64,000 nt of DNA from Andalucia godoyi And28. Its lineage: Eukaryota; Protista; Jakobida. Positions 10,267 to 21,434 of this stretch are shown one piece after another (the first letter of the stretch is position 1; the number at the start of each line of letters is the position of its first letter). A model generated the notes under the pieces. It made no database searches and was not told where the DNA came from. It worked only from the letters and a program-made list of their open reading frames with translations. The position numbers and the translations under genes are program-made. The stretch lies in contig VRVR01000027.1 of assembly GCA_009859145.1 (NCBI GenBank), positions 195,974-259,973 on the forward strand, read 5' to 3'.

Positions 10267-10997
10267 GGATCAACACAAAAGAGACAATTATTTTACTCAA
10301 ACTTGCAGTCGAAACAAGTTGTACAGTTTCTGGAGATTGACTGGGGAATTTCCCAAATACCGGAATTTTGATGGGCACAAAATGCGATTCGTCGACTTTT
10401 GCCGAACAATCCATACGAAGAGGCTGGGAAGCCTATTTTTACAACAGTTAACACCTTGGCACCCGAATATGCAAACAAAACATATGGAAACCAGTAAACA
10501 CTGATGAAAAGGAAGAGATTGGAATGATCAAGGATCATGGGCGGGAGAGATGGAGTCAACCTGGTGAAAAGGCAAGCAGACGAAGAAGAGAGAGACGCGC
10601 AGACGAAAGCCAAGAGAAGCGAAGCCATTTTGACTTGCATGAAGGACCAGTTGACTACAGCTGCTGGAAGCAGTCCACTCAGAAAACCAGAATAGTTATC
10701 GTAAAGGCAGGTAATCTTGCCGGTTTTTTCGCACTTGTCATGCCGGGTCATTGTCGGGTCATTCCAATTGAAAACCATCCGATTCTTTTTTTTTCCGAAT
10801 TCGTGTTCAGCGCAGCGAGCTTCATGCGTTTCGTTTTTAAATTTTTTCATCTGATAATGTTCATTGTATTATTATCAGCACTGCAAAATGGTCAAAATTT
10901 AATTAAGCGGCAGGTATTCTTGCCGGTTTTCCTGGAGGAAATGTTTTGGCGCGCTTTCTTCTTTCTTCCTTTTCGTTTTTAACGAAAACAAGCCAAA

Positions 10998-11429
10998 ATG
11001 GTCAAAAAACGATCCCCCATCGAAAGAACAGCAAATTCGGACGCGCAGCTCACGCAGGACGTCCTCGCGCATATCATTAACGGTGTAAAGTACACCGATC
11101 TGCAATGTCCGGAACGAACCGTGCGCAAATACGTGGGCATCTACTACGATGTGATCCTTGATGAACTCAGCGACTGTGCACGATGTGCGCTGGTGGAAAC
11201 GCTCGGTGGGCAAGCTCAAACGTTTCATCCTGTCGTGCCAACGGAAGCGGAAAGACGGCGCTCAAAGATCCCGGAAGCGCTGCACCAGTTCATCGACATG
11301 AATCACCTCGAAGAAGTCGTTTCCTTCTTTGGGAAAGCAGGACGACCGCCTGCTCTCTGCCCGGACGAAGAGAAGCGGCTGCATCACTATGTATCGTACA
11401 GAGAGTGCAGAAGAATATGCCCCTTCTGA
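10998..11429 (+). CDS. Hypothetical protein, 143 aa; may continue in another frame or be decayed
   Basis: ATG after a T-rich tract and natural-looking composition; no recognised motif. Confidence 0.35.
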   Translation: MVKKRSPIERTANSDAQLTQDVLAHIINGVKYTDLQCPERTVRKYVGIYYDVILDELSDCARCALVETLGGQAQTFHPVVPTEAERRRSKIPEALHQFIDMNHLEEVVSFFGKAGRPPALCPDEEKRLHHYVSYRECRRICPF

Positions 11430-11802
11430 AGCAAGATTTTCTCCAAATGGTGTCCAAGTACCTGGGTGATACCGGACGAACGAGAACAATCACCTTGACA
11501 AGGAAGAGAGGCTGTTCGTCTGGGAATGGCGTCAAATCGACGGTATCCTGTGCAATGCTGTCGAAGCACTGGCTTCCTGCATTCAATCGGCGGATGGAAA
11601 AGCAGGGCCTAACGTTTCTCGTCCTCCGCCTGCCATCAGCACTCGAATGATCCCGCGAGTACGCATTCAACAAGGAGAGCGTCGACCTCTTGCAAACAGA
11701 CTGTGCAAATGCGCTTTGTGGGATTGAGCTCTTCCAAAAAGATGCAAACAAAAGAACAACCATCCGACGACGCACGGTAGGACGGAAGTGGTTTCCACGA
11801 AA

Positions 11803-12762
11803 TCAGAGAACTTTTTGAAATTCGACCGACACAGTGATAGCATTTGGATCTGCGCCGCAAGATACTTTGTGAAAGAGCATCTTCTTCATCATTTCTTCTA
11901 ACCGTGGAAGCATATCCTTGGAGATGAGTTCGAACCGAAGTGTCCTGGTCGTCAGAAGTCCAGCTTCGTATAAACTTGCAAGGCAAGAAACATCTTCACC
12001 AGTGCAGAACCGCAAGACAACGCTTTCGTTGGTGCCGATTGCTGCGAGGACTTCCAATCGTCTCCCCATATTCATCAAACCCTGCACAGGGTTGTTTGCA
12101 TGAAGGTCAATTGAAGAGATACATTTGACAACAGCAAGGATCTGAGACTGGGCTTGCGCTTGTGCTCGAGCGATTTTTGCATCAGTGTCCTCTCGCAAGA
12201 TTCTCAAATCTCGATCGAACTGCTGCGTCAACAGCGAGATATCCGAAACAAGAATTGCGGCCAACCGCTCCGTAAAAATGATCGGAACATCAAATGCTGG
12301 ATTTGAGATTTCAAACTGCAGTTCCAGGGATTCTGGAGTCGCGCAGACCACCACAATTTTGCACATCTCTTGACTGCTCAAGAATCTCGAGAGGTTTCTC
12401 GGTGTAAACAGGAATATTTCGGGGTCGCAAAGTGCGCAGATACGGCTCCTGAGCAGGAATCGGGAAAATTTCCTCAACGAACGAAGATGAGTAGCCTCGA
12501 TTTTCAGACAGGATTGTCCAAGAAAGATGTGGAATTCGTAATCGTCCGCAAGTAAGCGTGTGCCAACGAAAATCCACTCTGACCCTCCTCCACTTTGAAT
12601 CGGCTCAACGTTATGAATGACCGTTGCAGTCTCCGAAACCTCCGAGGGTGTACCGGACATGACAGCTTCATTTGCACGATTACGAAGCTCGCTCCAGTCA
12701 CCAGAAAGAGAACTGGAGAATGCAGAGACTGTGCTGGAAGAGGCTTCGGAAGCAGAGTCCAT
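11803..12762 (-). CDS. Hypothetical protein, about 319 aa, with central coiled-coil-like segment
   Basis: Long ORF; first ATG (MDSASEASS) at 12762, track start is TTG; no recognised family. Confidence 0.55.
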   Translation of the reverse strand: MDSASEASSSTVSAFSSSLSGDWSELRNRANEAVMSGTPSEVSETATVIHNVEPIQSGGGSEWIFVGTRLLADDYEFHIFLGQSCLKIEATHLRSLRKFSRFLLRSRICALCDPEIFLFTPRNLSRFLSSQEMCKIVVVCATPESLELQFEISNPAFDVPIIFTERLAAILVSDISLLTQQFDRDLRILREDTDAKIARAQAQAQSQILAVVKCISSIDLHANNPVQGLMNMGRRLEVLAAIGTNESVVLRFCTGEDVSCLASLYEAGLLTTRTLRFELISKDMLPRLEEMMKKMLFHKVSCGADPNAITVSVEFQKVL

Positions 12763-13616
12763 TTGGAAAAACGAAAATGAGCAGAGAGTGATTACGGAGT
12801 TCCTGCAGAATATTTGTATCTTCGGCAAAGCAACAGACTGAGGAAAAGACTGCCGCTGAAACCAATTCCGGGTTGCGGACTTTACCAGGTTCAGACATCC
12901 ATTTTGAAGAGGGCGGCTTGACGCTAGAAATTTCCTTGAGGCACTGTTCGTCTTTCACGCGGGCACTGCATTTTTCGGACGCAAGCCGTCAGGCAGAATA
13001 TCCATTCCGAATTGCTCGCCATCATCTTCTTGTCCTTCTTCCAGATGTTGTTGAACAGCGTGGATGGTGGCGACTGCTGGCTGTGGCTCTCCAGTGCCCG
13101 ATTCTTCATCGATGAGTCTTGTCGATGCGTCCGTGGTTTCCGAGGCGTTCCGCTGCAGCTTGCTTCTCGTCGCATGTATGATCATGGTCAAAAAGCCCTC
13201 GCGTTGAGACCGACTTTCGGTCCAAAGAATCTGTGGAGGCTGGATACCATGTTTCCAGGTACCTTTGATTTCAGAAGATGCGACTTGGTGGTAGATCGTC
13301 CAGAAGTGTTTTTCATTCGGCTAGCTGTTCATAGCCGTGTCTCTCAACCTCGGATGCTTCTCTTTCACCAACCAGAATTGCTACAAGTCGTTCCTGGGGA
13401 CGACAAACGATCGAGGGAACGACCCTGTCAAATCCCGCATCCTGCACTGCTTCTGGCATTCCGGAGTTTGGTGAATTGAACGCTCTCCCTCGGTTTCAAT
13501 GATCCTCAAATTCCATGCATCTTCCTTTACTTACACATCCGCAGAATGACAGAAGCAATTCACAAGTCCTTTTACACTTCAACTCCTTCTCAAGCAAACT
13601 CCTGTTAACAACCAGC

Positions 13617-14819
13617 TCATTTTCGATTGGAGGCATCCGAAAACAAACCAGTCCATTCAGTCGGAACCGGACCTACCACATTAAACTGGACGAGACCGGG
13701 AAAGCTGCCAAACGACAATCGCGGACACGTGCACTCGGATTTCTGATAAATGGTCAAGCTTCGAATCGACAGCGAGCCTGGCAGTGATACCGGTTGATGC
13801 CAAGTTTGGGGAAAATCAATGATCACAACCAGCTCTGTGAACCGTGGATCGACAAACCGGAGCGGAAACAATTCGATCGGCGACGCATCATCCCATTTCC
13901 GAACAGAATATCGATCAATTGTCACGGTAACAACGGCGTCGTCTTGCGAAAATCGTACGGAAACCGAATAGTGATCTTCCGGGACCCAGACAATCTCCCA
14001 GTATTGCAAACCGGGAACGCTCCGCATTCTCGAATTGGACCCCAGCAGCAAGGGATCCAACCGTGACTGGTACACCACCACAGCCAGTTCCTTCACTCCC
14101 AGGAAGCGAGGACAAGCAGACTGGCACCATTTCCATGCGCACACAATCGAATGCTCCGATGGCACACAGACCACGCGATTCGAGATCGGAAGAACAGGCC
14201 CAAACGAGCAATCGGGCGACTCAAGGTCGATGCGGACGTCTTCACACTGGATCCAGCGCGCGTTGGGGATCGACAGTTCGTGCGATTCCGAAAAGTCAAT
14301 ATTGAGAGAGCGAACCGCGAGATCCCACTTTGGAAACCGCTGCACAATGCTCCTCAAATCTGCAGCAGACACTTCCTGCGAAATGCACAACTTTCCATAG
14401 AAATCGTGAAACGGAATCTCGGTGATTTCCAGATCTTCTCCCATAAAGTCTACCGTATCATGTGGCAACAGTGTCCGTGTTTCCAGATAACGCCCAGAGT
14501 ATACGCCCGCCACGGAGGGAACAACAAACTGTCTTCGAAAGAACAGTCGAGATCTGAATTTGCGATACACTCGTCGTTCGGCTTCATTCGCAATGCGCGA
14601 ATTATCGAAACACGCCGTCGAGGAGGGAAACTTCTCCAGAAACTGGACGACGCCCAGTGGCCAAGCTTCATCTGGAAAGTGAACGACCGCACCCATTGTG
14701 AGCGAGGAGACTACGGCATTGTTGTGGGATTTCGACGCACACTGGATGGACACAGTGTCACTGAAATACAGAAACTGAAGGATGTGATGGAGGACAGGGT
14801 TGGGCAAATCTGCGATCAT
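13617..14819 (-). CDS. F-box domain protein, about 400 aa
   Basis: N-terminal MIADLPNPVLHHILQFLYFSDTVSIQCASK fits the F-box pattern (LP.E/PIL..IL..L....L......K); ATG at 14819 follows a pyrimidine tract. Confidence 0.72.
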   Translation of the reverse strand: MIADLPNPVLHHILQFLYFSDTVSIQCASKSHNNAVVSSLTMGAVVHFPDEAWPLGVVQFLEKFPSSTACFDNSRIANEAERRVYRKFRSRLFFRRQFVVPSVAGVYSGRYLETRTLLPHDTVDFMGEDLEITEIPFHDFYGKLCISQEVSAADLRSIVQRFPKWDLAVRSLNIDFSESHELSIPNARWIQCEDVRIDLESPDCSFGPVLPISNRVVCVPSEHSIVCAWKWCQSACPRFLGVKELAVVVYQSRLDPLLLGSNSRMRSVPGLQYWEIVWVPEDHYSVSVRFSQDDAVVTVTIDRYSVRKWDDASPIELFPLRFVDPRFTELVVIIDFPQTWHQPVSLPGSLSIRSLTIYQKSECTCPRLSFGSFPGLVQFNVVGPVPTEWTGLFSDASNRK

Positions 14820-15310
14820 GATGCTTTTTTGGGGAGAAGAAACAGAAAGAGGAAAAGAGGAAATGTTGTTCGCGAAGAACGGATGAAATTTTAGAGAAAT
14901 TTGCAAAAACCACGAATTCTATTTTCAGAACATCGACTGGAGTGCATGAGCTGCAAATCAAAAGGTGTGCCCATTTTTGGAAGGCAGGTCCGTGCAGACA
15001 TGACCAGAGCGGGCAGACATCGATGGCCTCATTGCCAGTAGTTCCCAGTCCGACGGTGACTCACAAGCTTGTGGACCCGGACCGTCTTGCTTTGTGGACA
15101 GGTTTACAGGGCCACCCGGTCATCGATGCTGCCCCTTTGGCATGCAGAGCGTTGTGGAAACAGTTGGAATGCCGCTGGGCTGATAATGTCTCCTTCAAAT
15201 ACAAAGACGGCTCTGGATGACAGGGTCGTTCCAAAAGAAAATCAAATCTCTGCATCTTGTTCACTCATGTTCATCCATCCACACATATACATATACATGT
15301 TGTCGCATTC

Positions 15311-16312
15311 TCATTGTTGCAGTGACGATTCCTCTTCCTCGCATCTGCATGTCGCAATGCGCTGGCGGCGGCGCTCATTCTCCTCGGGGGTGCAAGGCTG
15401 GCGACCGCGAACCTGGAAACAGGAGCTTGATACGATGGCGAGCAGTTGTCCTGTGATACTGTCCTGCACAACAACCACGAAGCGCAAATTCAGACCAATC
15501 CCCACTGTCGGCTTCGGAATCATGAATGGTTCAAAAGGAAACACTTCAGATGTTGCAGAAAAGTCGCTTGGAGGGAAACGCAATTCGAAGGGAGCAGCGA
15601 CAGCCTTTCGAGACCTGGGAACCATCTGGTTGAATCCGCTTCGCGACCCGTCGTCGAGTAATAACAAGCGGCATGAAATTGCAAAGGGGAGAATGCCGGA
15701 AAATCGGATGCCAACACGATTCGTCATTGTCTTCAACACATTAGGAGAGACGTCGCCAATCCATGGCGATTGGATCGCCGTGCCGTGTTTCCACAACACA
15801 ACCATTGAACAGGACGGGAGCAATTGGAACGACCGACCAAACCATGGCGCCGAGGGTGCATTCACGTAAGTGGTTACCAAACTATTCGAATCGGATGACA
15901 CTTCTGCGGGTGCACCATTCGATCTTTTCCTCTGATCAACACTATCCTCGGCTTCATTACCAACCCGCGAGTCGATCGATGGTGCGTTCATTTCACACGG
16001 CGAGCTGCTCAACGATGGCACTGTCAACGAGCAAACGCCTGGAATACTCAGGTCGGAATACCCGTCTTCATTCAAAATATCCGACTTATCGTATTCGAGT
16101 TCATTGGAATCGTTCTGATCGCGGTCCGCCAGCACCCACGCCTAGGACAGAGTCTGGCTGAGCTCTCTCCCGCACGCAATCATTTCGTCGGAAAGCGAAG
16201 ACTGCGAAAGCAGAAGAGAAAATCCAGAGTCGTGAACAATCTTGGGGTCTGCTGTGTTCATGAAGGCGCTGTCGGACAGCGACGGCAAGGAAATTCCCGA
16301 CGACTGCGACAT
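15311..16312 (-). pseudogene. Putative Ig-fold DNA-binding-like protein interrupted by an in-frame TAG at 16142-16144 (or spliced)
   Basis: Track ORFs 16142..16384 and 15311..16135 are in the same frame and separated by one TAG. The downstream ORF has only a GTG start, the upstream one an ATG at 16312 (MSQSSG). C-terminal LRFVVVVQD...VSSSCFQVRGR resembles the end of 46584..47606. Confidence 0.45.
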
Positions 16313-16648
16313 GGGTGGAGGTGCCTGTCTCAAATGTAAAGAGAAACCCGCCAGAAAGAGGAGCGAAAGCTTTGATCTGAACAAACACGAGAAGGTGGAA
16401 GAAGCGGAAATGGGAGCAACTGCGCTGCACAGCGAATTCGCCGAATTGCGGTGCGCTTCTTTTGCCGCGCAAATGTCCGCTTGAGTCTATTGAGTAGTGG
16501 AATTCATTTTTCGGTCTTTTTTATGTTCATTGAATAAGAATTTGGCAAGATTTCTGGACATCGTGATCATGCCGTTTGCTGATGAACAGCGCTTCACATA
16601 AGCGCGGGTGCATGCAACAGCCCGACGCCGAGGCCATTCTGTCCGACG

Positions 16649-17233
16649 CTACGACCTTTCTGCTTCCTGCGTCCAAACGTGTGCTTCCGCATCCAGAAAT
16701 GCTTCCCGCGACTCCTCGAACGTATCCGCACCCTCGGCTTTCGCGATTTCCTCTGCCTTCCGTACAAGTTCCTCGTGCTCTGAGCACAGACGCACTCGTT
16801 TCCGCGCTCTTTTGGTTTCCTCATTGATGTATTCCTGCAGTGCACTCGCGAGCGTTGTGGAGGAGCCCGCTTGCAATTTGCGATCCAGAAACACAAGCAG
16901 CGATTCCGTCTGGGCCGGTCGTTTTGCCGGTACTTGCAAAGCAACTGCGTCCATCGTCGCATTCTCGGCGTCTGGATTCGTAAATCTTGTGCTCGTAAAT
17001 CGGCCACCGGTGTTCTCACGAACCTGCATGCACAGGTCGATGTCCTTCTTGCTGAACTTTGGACAATGCATCGTCACGACCAGCATTTCCGAAAATTCGC
17101 CCGCGTACGGCACGGAGCGAAACAGCCGATTCACGCCAGCTTCGAGAACCTCGGATTGACGGTCTTTCAGTCTCTTCCGATCTCGATGTGGGATGTTCAA
17201 TAAAGATGCGATTGCACGGGTCGTCTGTGACAT
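16649..17233 (-). CDS. Hypothetical protein, 194 aa, divergent from the TOP2-like gene
   Basis: ATG-initiated ORF with charged helical C-terminus; about 180 bp from the TOP2-like ATG. Confidence 0.5.
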   Translation of the reverse strand: MSQTTRAIASLLNIPHRDRKRLKDRQSEVLEAGVNRLFRSVPYAGEFSEMLVVTMHCPKFSKKDIDLCMQVRENTGGRFTSTRFTNPDAENATMDAVALQVPAKRPAQTESLLVFLDRKLQAGSSTTLASALQEYINEETKRARKRVRLCSEHEELVRKAEEIAKAEGADTFEESREAFLDAEAHVWTQEAERS

Positions 17234-17416
17234 TTTCCCTTGCGTATTTGAGAGAAAAAGGAGAAGAGGAAAAACGCGAGGAGAGCAGGATTTGGGCGAG
17301 TCTGAAATAACGGTGCATCAAGTGACCGGTTGAATCCTGGATTTCCCCGACTCATTAATTCCCTGCAACCGCCCGCTCTCCTCCTTTTCATTTTCTTCGA
17401 GAAATTCAGCCTTTTC

Positions 17417-20400
17417 ATGGAATCCGCTTCTTCGTCGACGTCCAGAGTGCAAATTCTCGATCACCGAGTGCATATTCTCACCCGTCCCGATACGTATGTC
17501 GGCGCGCTCACGGTCAAGCCTGTCGAAGCATGGATATTTGACTTGAACACACAACGCATGGTCAAACATCCGAATGTGCAAGTCTCGCCAGCGCTTCTCA
17601 AGATCTTTGACGAAGTTCTCGTCAATGCCTCGGATTTTGCTGTGCAGGAGCCGCGCGTCACCGAGATTCGAGTCACCATTGATCGAACCGCGGATTCGAT
17701 TTCCGTGTACAACAATGGCGGGTGCGTGGAATTGCAGCCGCATCACCAGCGAACTCATTTGTACGTCCCGGAAGTTGTGTTTGCGGAATTCATGTCCTCC
17801 TCCAACTTCGAAGACAATACTGCGCGTGTCGTGGGCGGACGCAATGGGTATGGCGCCAAGCTTGCCAATGTCTTCTCAAGCAGGTTTTCTGTCGACTTGT
17901 GTGACGGCACGACGGCGTACAAGCAGGAGTGGCGCAACAACATGAGCGGCTGCAGCCCTCCGGTTTTGACTCCCGCAGAAGGCGTTCCGCCCTCTGTCTG
18001 TGTCACCTTCGTCCCCGAACTTGCGCGAATGGGATTGGAGCACATTACGGACGATCTCGTCTCGTTGTTCTTTCGCCGTGCACTGGATGTCACTGCATAT
18101 CTCCACATGATTGGGCGCAATGTGCATGTGCATTTCCGGTGTGGCTCCGAGGAGTCGTGGACGCACGATTTCAACTGCTCGGAACTTGTGCCCACGATGC
18201 AGCAGTACGCGAAAGCATTCTTTCCCGATGCCGTGTTCCTTCCCATCGTCGCGCACCGGTTGTCGGTGGCGTTCTCCATCCAGCCGCAGGGCCGCGAGCT
18301 GCAGCAGGTATCCATCGTGAATGGCATCTTCACGTCTGCTGGAGGTGCGCATGTGAAAATGGTCATCGATGATCTTTGGAGCAACGGAGTGGCGGATGAA
18401 GTGAGAAAGAAATGCCCAAGTGCGAACCTGACTCATTTTCGCCAAGTGATGCAAGTCGTCGTTTGCTGCCAGTTGCACAACCCCGAATTCTCGTCGCAAA
18501 CCAAAGAAGAGCTGGTCAAGTTTCTCAATCTTTCAGAATTACCCGTCTGGAACGGAGGCCTTGCAAAGCAGACGGTCTACAAACTGGTGCAGAATCGGTT
18601 CATCGAGAGTGTCACAAAGGCGATCATTCAAAAGTTAAAGCAAGAGGACATTCGATTTTCGAATCTCCGCGTCGGCAGCGCCCTTGACGTTCCCAAGCTG
18701 CAGAATGCGGCTCTTGCGGGAACCGAGCAGCGGCGCCAGTGTTCGCTGATCTTGACGGAAGGCGACTCGGCCATGGCGTTGGTGAGCAACTCCTTGTCGA
18801 CCGCTCAAAAGAGACACTTTGGCGTGTACCCGCTGCGAGGCAAGTTTCTGAATGTCTGCGAAGTCCCTCGGGAGGACGTCCTGGAGAATGAGGAGGTCAA
18901 AAACATTGTGAGGGCGCTCAATCTCAGCTTCGATCTTGTTTACGACAACGACACCGAGTTGGATACATTGCACTATGGCCACGTGATGCTGATGACTGAT
19001 CAGGACCACGATGGGTTGCACATCAAAGGTCTGCTGCTGAACTTCTTCCAATTCTTCTGGCCGCACTTGGTTGTTCGCATCCCGGACTTTCTGAAAGAAC
19101 TGCGGACTCCGATCATCCGAGCTGTTCATTCAAATAGCAGTGATTTCCAGGAGTTCTTTGCGTTGCGACAGTTCCGAACGTGGTTTGGAGGACTGTCTGT
19201 GGACGAGCAGCGTGCGTGGCGCGTCAAGTACTACAAAGGACTGGGAACCTCGACGACAGAAGAAGGCCGTCGCTATTTTGAGCGGCCCCAGGAATATGAA
19301 CGGTCATTCCGCTTCGCGGACGCAAATCGGGCGATGCTGGATGTTTTCTTTTCGGAAAGGAAGGTGAAAGAGAGGCGCAAGATACTGGAAGAGTGCTGGA
19401 AAGAACAGGAAACCGTCGATGCTGCTCTGCTCGATGTCAGCATTTCCGAGATTGCAGCAGAATCGATTACAATGGACAATTTCTTGTGCAAGGAAATGGT
19501 ATCTTCCAGCTTGTACGATTGCATTCGTGCAATACCAAATGTGCTCGATGGGCTGACGCCTGCGCAGCGCAAGGTGTTGTACACGCTGCTGAAACATAAT
19601 GGCGATGGAGAAGACATGCGGGTGTCGGAATTGATTGGCATGGTCGTTCGAGAAACGAAGTACCACCATGGCGAGGCGTCGTTGGGCGAGACGATCATCG
19701 GCATGGCACAATCGTTTGTGGGGAGCAACAATGTCCCCTTGCTCGTGCCTGTGGGTCAGTTTGGGAGCCGATTGATGGGTGGCGAGGATGCTGCCAAGCC
19801 GCGGTACATTTTCACGCGACTGGATCCAATTGCGCGCATTCTGTTTCCGACCGACGATCTTGCTTTGTTGGAGTACTTTTCAGAAGAGGGACAAAACGTC
19901 GAGCCAAAGGTCATGCTTCCCATCTTGCCCATGGTCCTTGTCAATGGCGCACGGGGCATTGGGACTGGGTTTTCGACGGAGGTGCCGACCTTCCACCCAG
20001 GTGATCTCGCCCAGCGCCTGAAGTCGTTCCTCTTGGATTCTGCGTCTCCTCCAACGGAAGGTGAGATGGACCGGTATGAGAAGCATTTTGGCGCGGGGTG
20101 GACACCGTGGTATGCAGGCTTCACGGGAGAGATCGTTCCACTCGAAGGAGCTCCATGTTCATGGGCAAACTTTGGCCGCGTGAAGCGCGACGGCCCGCGC
20201 ACGCTGCAGATTTCGGAGCTTCCGATTCATACATGGGTTCAGCCGATGTTTGAGCAGCTGCAGAGGTGGATGGTGGACCGCAGTCTGAAGAACAAAGTCG
20301 GTCCATTCCAGGATGCGCAGAATCTGAGCGAGGAGAATCGCGTTTGTCTGCGAATTCAGTTCCACAATCCCGAGGATATCAGGGATCTGATGAGCCGCGA

Positions 20401-21130
20401 TGTATACAAGCTAATGAGACTGCAAGGACAAGTGTCGTTTTCGAATGTCCACTTGTTTTCCACGGACGGCGAGGGCCTTCGAATTCGCAAGTTCGCTCAT
20501 CCGTGTGACATCCTTCGTGCCTTTGTGCCTGCGCGACTGGAGCTGTACCGCAAACGGAAGCAGGTCATCCTTGAGCAGAAACGACTGGAAGCAGTCCGAC
20601 TTCGGAGCATCGTGCAGTATGTCGAGAATCGTGCTTTGGTGCAGAAAGTGGTGCTCGCGAACCTCGATGGACTTGATCCGTCGCCCGATCTGGAAGCAGC
20701 GGGTCTTGCAAGAGTGAACGGATCGTTTGACTATTTGCTGCGCGATCTGAATGTCGCGTCGGTGCGGGTGACGTCGGTGCGAGAACGAGCCACAGCCAGT
20801 GAAGAAGCGTGCCGAGATCTGGAGTCCAGGAGTGCAGAACAGATGTGGATTGCCGAACTGGACCGGTTCATGCAGGAGTGGACAGTTCGGATACCGGAGA
20901 CCGTTGTGGAAGGAGCGAAAGTACCGCGGAAATTGAAGACACTGCAAGCGCCGCCGGTTGTGAAGCTTCCGAAAGTTGAAAAGTCAGTGGCTCTCGGGAA
21001 CACGAAGGAGCGCATTGCATCGCTGTTTTCCAAGAAGCAGGCGGGTCCGCGGAAAAGAGCACGCAAGGACATGTCGTCAGACGAAGAGGACTTTGAAGAT
21101 GATTTGGGTGTACCGGATATGTATGAATAG
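17417..21130 (+). CDS. TOP2: Type IIA DNA topoisomerase (single-chain, eukaryote/large-DNA-virus type), about 1237 aa, divergent and intronless
   Basis: HILTRPDTYVG, FDEVLVNASD, ISVYNNG, GGRNGYGAKL (GHKL ATPase); ILTEGDSA, PLRGK, MTDQDHDG (TOPRIM); YYKGLGT, DGLTPAQRKVLY, YHHGEASL, PRYIFT (active-site RY), LVNGARGIGTG. Confidence 0.96.
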   Translation: MESASSSTSRVQILDHRVHILTRPDTYVGALTVKPVEAWIFDLNTQRMVKHPNVQVSPALLKIFDEVLVNASDFAVQEPRVTEIRVTIDRTADSISVYNNGGCVELQPHHQRTHLYVPEVVFAEFMSSSNFEDNTARVVGGRNGYGAKLANVFSSRFSVDLCDGTTAYKQEWRNNMSGCSPPVLTPAEGVPPSVCVTFVPELARMGLEHITDDLVSLFFRRALDVTAYLHMIGRNVHVHFRCGSEESWTHDFNCSELVPTMQQYAKAFFPDAVFLPIVAHRLSVAFSIQPQGRELQQVSIVNGIFTSAGGAHVKMVIDDLWSNGVADEVRKKCPSANLTHFRQVMQVVVCCQLHNPEFSSQTKEELVKFLNLSELPVWNGGLAKQTVYKLVQNRFIESVTKAIIQKLKQEDIRFSNLRVGSALDVPKLQNAALAGTEQRRQCSLILTEGDSAMALVSNSLSTAQKRHFGVYPLRGKFLNVCEVPREDVLENEEVKNIVRALNLSFDLVYDNDTELDTLHYGHVMLMTDQDHDGLHIKGLLLNFFQFFWPHLVVRIPDFLKELRTPIIRAVHSNSSDFQEFFALRQFRTWFGGLSVDEQRAWRVKYYKGLGTSTTEEGRRYFERPQEYERSFRFADANRAMLDVFFSERKVKERRKILEECWKEQETVDAALLDVSISEIAAESITMDNFLCKEMVSSSLYDCIRAIPNVLDGLTPAQRKVLYTLLKHNGDGEDMRVSELIGMVVRETKYHHGEASLGETIIGMAQSFVGSNNVPLLVPVGQFGSRLMGGEDAAKPRYIFTRLDPIARILFPTDDLALLEYFSEEGQNVEPKVMLPILPMVLVNGARGIGTGFSTEVPTFHPGDLAQRLKSFLLDSASPPTEGEMDRYEKHFGAGWTPWYAGFTGEIVPLEGAPCSWANFGRVKRDGPRTLQISELPIHTWVQPMFEQLQRWMVDRSLKNKVGPFQDAQNLSEENRVCLRIQFHNPEDIRDLMSRDVYKLMRLQGQVSFSNVHLFSTDGEGLRIRKFAHPCDILRAFVPARLELYRKRKQVILEQKRLEAVRLRSIVQYVENRALVQKVVLANLDGLDPSPDLEAAGLARVNGSFDYLLRDLNVASVRVTSVRERATASEEACRDLESRSAEQMWIAELDRFMQEWTVRIPETVVEGAKVPRKLKTLQAPPVVKLPKVEKSVALGNTKERIASLFSKKQAGPRKRARKDMSSDEEDFEDDLGVPDMYE

Positions 21131-21434
21131 CTGGTTCTTGTTATTCTCGGTTTTTCGATTTTCTCCGAGAATATGCGGAATTGCAGATCTGTCACGGACC
21201 GAACACACTTGTGACCGGGTGGAGCTCCCAAATGGCTCCGAACTTTGTTCGCAAAACTCGTGTATCTCGAACGTGTTTATCCCGGTGCAAGTGCGCGCAC
21301 TTGCTCCTGGTTTTCTCATGCTCTTCATTTCCCCGTGTTCCTCGGAGATTCTCGTCATTTTCCTCCACAGTCAGGGTCTTTTTAAGCCACTTGTTCCCAA
21401 GATTCACATAAAATTAACCCTACACCTCTCCCTG

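Noticed and set aside
11390-11410. Possible 11- or 20-nt GT-AG mini-intron joining 10998..11429 to the next frame
   Set aside because: No other gene in the window needs such tiny introns, and the joined product has no recognisable homology.
12900-13440. Possible hAT transposase dimerisation-domain relic on the minus strand (QFWLVKEKHPRLRDTAM)
   Set aside because: Only one short pattern between TAG stops; the expected SxxSER motif, DDE residues and terminal inverted repeats were not found.
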